Shown here: one piece after another, positions 53,341 to 64,000 of the stretch
Layout of the letters: every line of letters begins with the position of its first letter
Numbering within the stretch: the first letter of the stretch is position 1
NCBI RefSeq assembly: GCF_000150275.1
Contig: NW_002060947.1
Span: forward strand, 5,802,604 to 5,866,603
Reading direction: 5' to 3'
From: Trichoplax adhaerens
Taxonomy: Eukaryota; Animalia; Placozoa
Length of the DNA stretch: 64,000 bases
The notes under the pieces: generated by a model
Database searches by the model: none
What the model saw: only the letters and a program-made list of their open reading frames with translations
What the model was told of the DNA's origin: nothing
Made by a program: the position numbers and the translations under genes

Positions 53341-54312
53341 GGATAGATAATATTTCATGCAGTTTTCTGTTTCATCTAGAAGAAATTGAAAAGAAAATAG
53401 TGGCTTCTAAATGATATCCAGTAAATCATAGTTTTTCTCTTAATTTTAAAAATATTGAATACGTTATCCTACTATCTCTTTATTAATTAATTCATTACCG
53501 ATTTATTACTAATAATGGTATCATTTTGAAGAGTTCGATGTTTTTTAATTGCAAGATTAATTAGTGATTTACGTATAATGGGTTGTTATAGCGACTTTTA
53601 CTCTGTAGTTTCAATTAATTTGGATTGCAATACCTCCATTTTCTTTCGCTATTGCTTCAAAATGTAAACTGAGAATAAATTAAGCATAGCAGAACTATTC
53701 GATTATGCGTGTACTTGAGATCGTTAGATAAATTATAATATTAGCGTCAATATCTGCTTAGATCAGACAAAAACGTCAATACATGTAGAATTTATATGAG
53801 AAATAAAATTCTATACAATTCTATTTTGTTACAGAAAATCATTCCACTTTATACAATAGGAAATAAAGATCCTTCTGAGAGTTTTTTTTTCCTATTAAGT
53901 TATTGCTTTGTGATAATTTCTAATGACCATAATTCTAATAAAATTATTCGCTTTTCTTAAATTTATTTATTAAACGATGCATATTTTATCCTACATGGTC
54001 AAGTCATATAGTAGAAGCTAAAATTTAGGGAGCTATTCAATTTATGATAAAATTTTTATTGCCTAACTGCCTGGGTTTAGGTACTATGGGTGATGCTTTT
54101 ATAATATTTCGTAATTAAGAAAACTATAATCATTAATTACGAGGCTGGTACATCGTGGTGTAGGCCTATAATATCGGATACCAGTTGTCATATGTTAGGT
54201 ATAATCTAACTTTATTTGAAATTGTCTCTTCAATCGTAAAAGATGCAATCGTATTAGTATTGTCTTTACTATTCCGGCTGAAGCATATTTTAAAATTAAT
54301 GGAATTGATGAG

Positions 54313-54753
54313 TGTCGCGGTACGAACTACCGTGAAGAAATAGCTATCTAAATTTGGTTAATATAATATAGTGATATTATATTACAACTAGTTACTTACA
54401 ATAGGAATTACTCTAATTATAAATGTGTTACAGTAAATTTAATGCTGTGCTGTAATGTGCACTGAAATGATTCTGTGAATGGACATATTGTAGTCCGGCT
54501 GTGAAAAATTAGTTAGTAGATGTTCTCACCTAAGTATTTTTATAAGATAACTTGTGAATGTTAGCTGCTGTAGAAGGGTATATAAGCCCGTCAGATAGTT
54601 GAATAAAGTAGTTCTAAATTGTCTAGTTGAGTTTAACGTAGAATCAAAGGCGTCTAAATTCTTGTGAGATAGTTAAAGGATACTGGATCCCGGAGACTAT
54701 AGTAATTTAGAGATTTGTTTACGTTATCCTTGTCACGAAGCTGGTTTGTGACA
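54313..54753 (+). mobile_element. Solo-LTR-like element, family C (second copy)
   Basis: TGTCGC...GTGACA ends and 5-bp TSD ATGAG. Nearly identical to 44840-45269 but with a different TSD, so it is an independent insertion. Confidence 0.88.
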
Positions 54754-55352
54754 ATGAGTTCCTTTAAATTTGAGTTTGCAATAAATCAGACATGTCATGG
54801 ATTGCGCTGGTATCTTTAACGATTCCAAACTGAACATTTTGACATAGAATAAAGCAAGTGCTAATGACCCAACTAAACGTGTTACTATTCAATTAAGGGT
54901 AATTGGCTGATAAATTATTACTAGCGGTATTAGAATTTTACATATCGTGATCACGATCATGTGATTTTTCGATCATGCGCTGATCAAATAATTTTAACAC
55001 CCGTTACATCTTTAATATCCGGTGCGTAATAACGGTAACATTAGAATTGAAATATAACGATATATATATATATACATCGTTTATTTAATTTAAATTATCT
55101 CTTGACCACAAATTTGCTTTGGAATTACTTAAGATTATTTACAAGGACTTGTCCTCCACCATTATCTATAATCGGGTGCCGCTTAATCGAATCAATTTAA
55201 GGTGAGAGTGGAGAAGAAATAAAATTAATCAAGATTTTATCACTCATGGTCAATATCTTTCGATTTGCCAGAGTTAAATGAAAGCCGCTGCATTGTTAAC
55301 AGTAAAACAAGTATATAGCTGAAGGATCATCTGACATTAGAGATAACTCAAA

Positions 55353-58074
55353 ATGGATCTAGTAGCCCTTCGTAAAGAAAGTGACGATCTCTATTATTGC
55401 GGAAATTTTTTAAAAGCTATTAATAAGTACCAACAAATAATTCAAGCCTACCAGAATGACGATCTTAATGATAGTCAAGGAAAAAAATATTATGATGATC
55501 TTCTTCGCCTATCAGATTGTTTCTGTAAGTCGTATAATTATCAGCAAGCCTTAAAATATTGTGATATTTCCCATTCTATTGCTGTTAAACTCAATGATAA
55601 AGTTCGTATTTCGAGAAGCAATGATATTTACGGCGATGTCAAGAGAATGCAAGGCCGATATCAGCAAGCTATGGATTGTTATCAGCAATCTCTTAAAATA
55701 AAACTCGAAATATTAGATGATCAAGGCATTGATATCGGTATCTCTTATTATCAGATCGGTAGAATATACTCATTACAAGGAAAATACAACAATGCGTTGT
55801 CCTATTTACAGCAATCGTTAGATATTATACGCCAAAATATTACAGAGGTAGCTAATAAGTCAAATATAGGCAAAATTTATAACGAAATAGGATTGGTTTA
55901 TTGCTCTCAAGGTAAATACAAGGATTGTATATTTGCACATGAGCAAAGTTTAATGGTATATCGTGACGCCGTGGGTGAGAATTGTTTAGGAGTTTGTGAT
56001 TCATTTAATAACTTAGGATTAGTATATGATTTAGGAGGCAAATATGATGAGGCAATCGATATGCATCAAAATTCGCTAAGCAAGAAATTGAATATTTTCG
56101 GCGAAAATAGCATGGCAGTAGCAGAATCTTATTATAACATAGGTATCGTATATCGATCGGAAGGCAAATATAAAGATGCAAAGATAATGTTTAAAAAATG
56201 TCTCAAAATTCAGATAGATTTAATGGGTGAAGATAATATTTACGTTGCTAAAACGCTTGATGGAATAGGCCAGTTAGATACTAGAATGGACAATTATGAG
56301 CAAGCACTTGTAAGTCTCAACAAATCACTAAAGATAGAAACAGAAATATTAGGAGAGAATAGTTTGGAAGTTGCATCTACATTAAACAATTTGGGTTTAC
56401 TGTTTAAATTACAAAACATGTACGAAGATGGCTTGCTAATGCATAAAAAAGCTCTAAGCATCCAAAAAAATATCACGGGAGAGCATAGCTTGAGAATAGC
56501 TAGTTCCTTTAGTGGGATAGGATTAATTTATAATTGTCAAGGCAAATATGAAGATGCCATAGTTATGCTTCAAAAGTGCTTGGAGATCGAACTGAAATTA
56601 TTAGGAGGAAAGCATTGATGTTGCCAATTCGTATAATAACATCGGACTAACTTATACTTTCCAAGGAAAGCTTAGTAAAGCATTAGAAATGCATCAGAAG
56701 TGTTTACAGATTCAACGAAAAATATTAAGTGAAAAGAATATGGACATAGCATCATCTTATAATAATATTGCTTCGATCTGTGAATCGCAAGGTCGATATG
56801 ACGATGCAATAGGCATCCATCAAAAGTCATTGCTTATTCAACTTGAAATACTTGGAGAAAAACATGCGAATGTTGCCATCTCATATAACAATCTTGCTTC
56901 AGTTTATAGCTCACAAAAAAAATATCTTCAAGCCCTGGGAATGTACCAGAAAAGTTTAAGTATAGAACTAGCAAGGCTGGGAGAAAATAATTTACGTATT
57001 GCTACATACTATAACAACATTGGAATAGTCTACAAAGCTCAAAAAAATTATGGTGAAGCAATACTGATGTTGCAGAAAGCTTTGAAGATTCGGTTAGATA
57101 TTTTAGGCGAAAATCATATAGATGTAGCAGATTCTTATGCCAATATTGCCTCAGTTCTTATAAGTCAAGAAAATTACGAAGAAGCTGTATTAGCGCTGAT
57201 GAAATGCCTAGCTGCTCAAAAAGCCACTGTTGGAGAAATGCATTTAGATGTTGCTAGAACATACAATAACCTTGGATATGCATACTATTCTCAAGAGTTA
57301 TGTAACAAAGCTTTAAATTCCTTACTAAAATGTTCAGAAATACAGAAAAATCTACTGGGAGAAAATCATATCGATATAATGAATACTTTTAAGCTTATGG
57401 CTACTATCTACAAAGAACAGGGAAACTTTCAAGCAACATTAGACATACATCAAAGAATGTTAAAAATCTACGTCAACACTAAAGGTAAGAAATTTTTATA
57501 TATAACTTTTCTTATGTTCAAATTGGTCAGGTTTATTATTACAAAGAGAAGTACCGTGAAGCTCTATTTCATTTTCAGAAGGTACTAGTGATTGAATTAG
57601 AGCTGGCTAAAAGGCAAAATGTAGAGATTGCTAAAAATGCTACTATTTTATGGAGAGATATCTATGATAGTCTAAATAAGTTTAGAGCTGCTTTAAAATT
57701 TTGGCAAAGATATTTAAATATTTAGCCAAGCTTGTTGAAAAAATGACTTAACTATTGCACAGACGTACAATTCCATATAGGTATCCTATTTATCAATGCA
57801 TAAATATGAAAATAACTTAGCAAAGTATGAAAATTGCTTACAGATTCAGTTAGAATTACTAGGAGAGAAAAATTAAACTGTAGCTACGAGTTACTACACT
57901 ATTAGTCAAACATATTGTGCTAAGAATCAATTCGATTTCGTTGTGAATTAACATCAGAAATGCTTTAAAATTTGAATCGATTCGTTAGGTCATGATAGTG
58001 AAGAGGTAGCCGAAGCACGAGAAATTATAAAGAAGATATCTAATGAACAAAAGAAGAAATGTACTGTAATGTAA
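55353..58074 (+). pseudogene. Tetratricopeptide-repeat protein (42-aa kinesin-light-chain/nephrocystin-3-like repeats), disrupted
   Basis: ORFs 55353-56618 and 56689-57484 carry repeats of VAxSYNNIGxVYxxQGKYEEAxxMxQKSLxIxxxxLGENH and are joined by a frameshift at ~56613-56617 (the repeat continues DVANSYNNIG in the other frame). Intron 57485-57578. The last exon has stops and frameshifts and ends EQKKKCTVM* at 58074. Confidence 0.88.
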
Positions 58075-59559
58075 TCAGGATGTCGTCCATATTGATAATT
58101 TAAAGTGAAATTAGTCCTAGTTAAATAAAGTCCTGTATGAATATTTCGCTATTATTACTTTACCTGCTAATTAGCTTTATTACTTGTTTCGTTTAAAATA
58201 TCATTATATTTGCTAAATTATTTCCAAACTGATACTACTGCTATTGGGTACATTATTAATAAATCTGACGCATCAGGAATCTGAAATATCGTACTACCTT
58301 AATATTTAAATTCACGTTTCATATTCATTACCGTTTACGTCAGTTTTGCTAAGTAGAAAGGAATGAAGTTTTCTCTTCACTTCCAGAAATAAAGGATTTA
58401 ATCGTAATCGTACACTATGTGGTCAAGCGATATTTCAGGCTTGATTACCGACTGCTTTAATAGCAAGAAATATTACTAAAAGTGATACAAATTGACCACG
58501 AATTAATTTAATTACTGTCAGATTTATTTACCATACAGTGTAAATTTATCTACCGTTACAATTATCAGAAGCTGTGCTAATTCTTCATTTCTAAATTTAA
58601 GTATTATCGATAGAGATGGACTATAGCACCAAGTAAGACGCTATATGCATTGTTTAAATTTAATTTCATTAAAACTTTGTATGATTAATTTAAATTTATG
58701 AAAGTTGCTACTCAATCAGCTTTGTTTACTCTAATTGTTTATCTCTACTTATTAAAGTTTACGTTTATTTAGACAATACCTACTGACGTCATTAAATCAA
58801 AAAATCTAAATTGCACTGATTCTATCCTTTTAATGGTCCATAATTAAAAAACGTATCGAAGTTTTGAAATGTTAGTAAGATTCGAAAGATTGCTTTACCT
58901 CTTTATTTGCATTGAAATTGCCACAAAATGTTTGTAATACAATTATTGAGCATTCAAGGCATACGTAATAAAACAGAAATAAAGACCAATTTCAACCTTT
59001 TGAATGCGATATGGTAATATTTATATTGGCAGTTGCTAGAATAATCATGTCATGCAAGCAAATAATTTAAAAAAGAATTTTAATTATTGATAGTAGAACT
59101 AGCAATAAGATAGATCGTTTGCTTAAATCTATTATTATATTACCAATCAAGTACCCATTCAAGTAAACGGGAACGCATTCAACACAGAACATTACACTAA
59201 AACAAAATTCACAGCTAATTCATTATTATCTGTTAGCATCCTCGATAATTCTAATTATTTATAAAGGAACCCAGTAATAAGGTATATTATTTAATGAAAG
59301 CTATTATTAAATTATATGATGAAATTGTTTATATGCCATATGAATACGTTTTTATATTCTACTACTGTCATAAATAGACAACAATACCATAAAAGCTGCC
59401 ATAAAACTTGTATTAATATACGCAGGCATATAAATTTGAAACATTCTCAGAGTAGCTATTTAATCAAGTTGTTTGATCAAAAATGTGAATTCTAAACGAA
59501 TAACAGGACAAATAATAAGAAACTATAATAATGTTTCAGCTTCGTTAATATTCGATAAC

Positions 59560-60930
59560 TAGCATATGATGATATTCGCTTAGAAAGATGGATTACAAAT
59601 TTTGCTCTTCCGCTATTTCCTTATTGTAATCCTTCGTGCATGTTGATATTGCCTTAAATTTTATTCGTATTAAGCTGTTGAAGGACGTACGAATAGTCCA
59701 GTGATCGTAGTAACGAATAGGCATCACGCGCAACATCATCATCTTTTGATTGTATTAAGCAAAACACATTTGGAATAATATCTTGAATAGAAAAAAATGA
59801 TATTTTCCCCAAAAAAGCTTTAGTAATCGAGAACATGAACAAGGAAATTGAATTGAGGTCAGTCAGAAATACAAGTGTTTTAATATCAGCAAACGGGTTT
59901 AGCTCTATTTAAGACATATTCTAGATGTTAAGTTCTATAATTTACTTGTGGTACATATTGCACTGCCATTATCTTTGCTTTCTCGAGCAAGCGTAATTAG
60001 TAGTAGTAAAATGGATCTCTGAAGTTTATACCTAAAAATTAAAATAAATAAATTTTCCAACCTATTAAAGTTAGCAGCATGACTTGGATTATGTGTAATT
60101 TTTGAAGAACTTACACTTTGCTGTTTCGATAAATCGTCCAAGTGAGTAGTTCGTCCAAATCAAAGATTATACTAGAATCAATAGAATACATGTTTACATC
60201 AAATACCAGTGTAATAGAATCAGCCATGCAATTATCATTTAATTAAGTAACTTTAATATCAAACAAGTAATAATAGACTTCATACATAAAAAGCAAGTGA
60301 ATTATTTTAGTTATCAGTATGAAAAAGGTTGCCAGCTGCTTGCAACTATGCTTATTTTAGGTTTTGATGATGCATTACCTTTTCAAATATAATATCCGAT
60401 ATACTGATGGCAACAGTAAGATAACTTTGCTTCAAATAAACGAATGAGAGTAGTACCTTAGAATCAATGGCTATATCGAGAATTACAATGATCTAAGACT
60501 GCATGTTTATATTATAAATGCACTCATTCCATAAGTGGTAATGGTTGTAATAATTCATTTTGTTTCAATAATTGTAATTATTCATTTTTGTTTTGCTATG
60601 ATTAGTGAATAAAACTATCGTAAATGTTTATTATTTTTTCTTACCATGTATTCAAAAATTCTTCATAACTGGATTCTTCACCAGCTTTAATAGCTGCACA
60701 AATCTGCATGTTTATATATACAGCATCATATTACTTTACTTTGAAGAAATTCAAATACTTCTTTTCATGAATGCTAAGCAATTGGGCATACCTTTTTTAG
60801 TTGTAGCATTTTCCGTTGATATTTATGAGTAAAACTACCAATTTATGGAGATGTCTAAGAAGAAGATGTTGAATTTCAGAACCGAGCAAGGGCAGCTTTT
60901 GCAGAAATGCTCTAACTTGTTATTCTGTAA
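59560..60930 (-). pseudogene. Degenerate multi-exon gene, helical-repeat (armadillo/HEAT-like) character
   Basis: Minus-strand exon-like blocks with GT-AG ends: ~60924-60792 (VRAFLQKLPLLGSEIQHLLLRHLHKL), 60703-60645 (ICAAIKAGEESSYEEFLNTW), 60456-60379, ~60171-60062, ~60031-59935 (LQRSILLLLITLARESKDNGSAIC), ~59840-59654 (IIPNVFCLIQSKDDDVARDAYSLLRSL). Several in-frame stops are present. Confidence 0.4.
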
Positions 60931-63900
60931 CATGAAATTTCGCCAAAAATTAAAAGAAGTATCAAAAATTGAGTGATAAATCTTGTTTCGATATTGCCAA
61001 TAGCTATCCTCTAACTCCGTTCGGTTCAGTTAACAAAAAATTCGGGACTGGACCGGACGAGTGGCAGTTCAGCTCAGAGTCGATTTTGAGTCGATTCGTG
61101 GGGATAAGTAATTGAAAGTACAATATTGATATTTCATAAATCTTAACATTGCTCTGTTCAGCTAATTTACTTCAAGCATATTACCACGTATTAAATTTTA
61201 TAATTGATTGATTAGAAAAAACGCCCAAGATTAACAAGATAAGTCGTTGTACCTAGAAATTTCAAAGAATAAAAAGGCGGTTAGCCTCGCTTCAACAGAA
61301 AATATAACGAATAGAAATCCGTTAAAGCAGCATTTAATTAGTTACATGTTAGCAATACTCAAATAGTAATAATAATTCGTTTTCAAAGCCGAGATATTAT
61401 CAGGAGAATTATTCAATTTATGCCTAATGACTTTAATTGCATGTAAAATATTCTATCGTTGTATAGAGTTGAGTAGTAACAGTGAAGGCCGAGTAGAAAA
61501 ACGTTTGATTTATATATATGAATTGCAGGTATACTACATTTTCGGAGACTGACGCTAACTGTCAGTGACAACAGCGCTTAGTGACTCCACCATTATCTTC
61601 TGCTTATCGGTATAGCCACGATCTAAGAACGTATTCTGATTTTTCAAAGGAAAATTTGATTACGGAAAGATGTCTTGTAATAAATTGGGATAAATATTCC
61701 AATGAAACAGTCTACGGAAAGAGTGCAAGCACTCGTGAAATTAGAATATGGTACTTTTCAAAAAATGTCGTAGTGTAAAACGAAGGATATCATTATTAAC
61801 TTGATAAATTAAAGTAAAATTTTCTTTTTGGATACGTATTAGACTAGTAAGTGAGCTAGATGTGGTGACAAGTTGGGGATGACCTAAATAATGTGTGATA
61901 TGCAGTAGGGTGACATCAGCTTGTTCGTGCTAATTTGATTGGTTTTTCAGGGATCAGTGAAAATGCAGTAACTACCAGGTATTGACTAGCATAACATTGT
62001 GAATTTACTCAGCAGGTTTCACAGATCAAACTGCACTCAAAATATTGGAAGTAATTCTTCTTCCAATAGTTGTCTTTAATCCATAACTACCATAATTAAA
62101 ACCGAATGGTTATGAGAGAATTTTTTGAATTTCTTGACTGGGGTGATAATCAGTTTCAGTAGCGTAATAGAGCAGTTTAATTGATCTAAAAGAGACATGA
62201 AGGAAAGCAGTACATTTTTCAAGGTTAATCAGCGAGATATACGTGTACATATTGTGCTGGCTTTACCGAACGTGTAACACATATTAATTCTTAAGAAAAA
62301 TAGTATAGGAAAGAAAGTTTTATTAAATAAACATTACTGCTTTAGATATCTTCTAAAGCTTTGGCTATAATTCTAAGAAATGGTCACAGATTATTTCACA
62401 ATCGTACATGATCTTACTGGATATTCTATTTGCTGTATTTCTCTGGAGAGTCAAGTGGATTCATTTCGAAAAATCTTAAATTTTATTGAATGTAAATCAT
62501 TTTCAGTCAGTTACTGCGATCATCACTTAACGAGTAACATTTAATGTTAATAGGTAAATTATTGTAAATGAAAAGGTGCAAGAATTATAGTGGTCGGAAT
62601 TTTATGACCAGTATATAAAATTCCGGTGAAGTTATGTTCCGTTAGATAGTAACAAATCTTTTAGGGTTATAATGGAGCTCTAAATTAACTTAATATTAAA
62701 TTACTGGATTGTATGAAAATAGATGAATTAAGCGTTTGATAGTAAGATTATGCCAGTATCTATTCCCAGATGATATTTGCGACTCCAATTGCAGCCTTTT
62801 TTACAGCTATGAATCCATTATAACTATAGATATTACTAGATTGCAATTCGTAACATATCATCATAAAGATTTAATTGTGATACTTTAATAGAAAGCGATA
62901 TATATTAAATATAATAGATTGCACGACATTGAATTTAGCCTGATCTCGCAACTTGGTAAGATATAATAGTATTACGAAGAGCAATCTTGTGATAAGTTAG
63001 ACGGTTGTAGACTGAAGATAGATAGTCTGATCGCAGCTACATAGTCCTTGATAATTATAGGATGGACGTAATCAAAGCAATAAAGTCAAGTTTACATGAA
63101 AATTGTAATTCTTGTTTTATTATTTTGAAGACACGTTATGACAATAGTGCTTGATTATCCGGTAAAGCATCTGCTAAACAAGATCGTGGACTGTTAAGAT
63201 TGATGATAAGAATAAATTACAACGTAAACAATTTGTCTCTTAATCAATAGGCAATAGATTTCAGATTTTTAAAAATTACCGTAGATAAACTATTTTACCT
63301 GGCACTCGGAATCTATCAATTTCATTTAGGCATAGAGTATTAGCATTTATTAAGATGATTAGAAAGTAAAAAAATACAGCAAATAAGATCAATAAATTGA
63401 TTTAAAATGTTTATTTCTTTACAAGAGATAAATATATCTGTTTGCCATACTTTTATGGGCGAATACATTTTTCTTAAAAAACGAATTGGCTATTTCGTGA
63501 TTACATTGCCAATGCAACAAAATTTAAATGACACGTTTGGTAATCTATTTCTATCTTAAAACGTGAGCAAATGACATTTATTAAGTATAATTTAATGCTT
63601 GCTAAAAAATTGTAATTTTATTCAGAGTATTTTATAATTCAATTTACTTTCTCACCCGGTGTTATTTAATTTTCTGGTTATTAGGGCTTAGAAATAAATT
63701 TAATTAAATATCTCATTAAAAATTGATAAAATAATGCAATGAATCTATTACTGTACTCTTTTCATGGCGATTATGTCATGATTGGATGATGAACGTCACG
63801 TGCCTACGGAGTGATAAAGGATCATGCAGTGAATTGTAATGCCTTTATAATACCATATACTTTTATTAATGATGGCTATAGTCTGCTTCTATAGATTAAA

Positions 63901-64000
63901 AGCTATTTTTTTCCGTGGTACGGTCTATTAATTTAACAGAACTATTTGTAATTATTTGAAGGTTATAGGACGGTTGTAATGGTGAGAGAAATTATAAGAG

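Noticed and set aside
54944-55082. Palindrome ATCGTGATCACGAT and an (AT)n hairpin upstream of the TPR gene
   Set aside because: They could be promoter elements, but nothing in the sequence supports a specific function.
1-64000. Prokaryotic systems (CRISPR arrays, operons), rRNA and tRNA genes
   Set aside because: The window is intron-containing eukaryotic DNA. I saw no repeat-spacer array or structured RNA gene.

Overview
AT-rich eukaryotic genomic DNA with short GT-AG introns and five N gaps (533-582, 5218-5435, 15511-15560, 26258-26432, 27333-27382). The composition and the TPR gene type suggest a basal metazoan such as the placozoan Trichoplax, but this is inference only. The main structure (about 1.8-51.8 kb) is a head-to-tail + strand array of eight copies of one six-exon gene, plus orphan exons. 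Each copy encodes a signal peptide (2 exons), two C-type lectin domains (CTLD1, CTLD2), a Ser/Thr/Pro-rich linker and a C-terminal 4-Cys PAN/apple-like domain. Unit 5 is fully intact (408 aa). Unit 1 has no visible lesion but contains a gap, unit 7 has intact domain exons but an unresolved leader, unit 4 is gapped, unit 3 has one frameshift, and units 2, 6 and 8 are pseudogenes. The array carries several families of 360-620 bp solo-LTR-like elements (TGT...ACA ends, mostly 5-bp TSDs, terminal hairpins) and decayed fragments of LRR, P-loop (NACHT-like) and GPCR-like genes. It is followed by a disrupted 42-aa-repeat TPR gene whose last exon ends in a CaaX box, and by a degenerate multi-exon gene on the minus strand. 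All translations and alignments were done by eye and no database searches were run.
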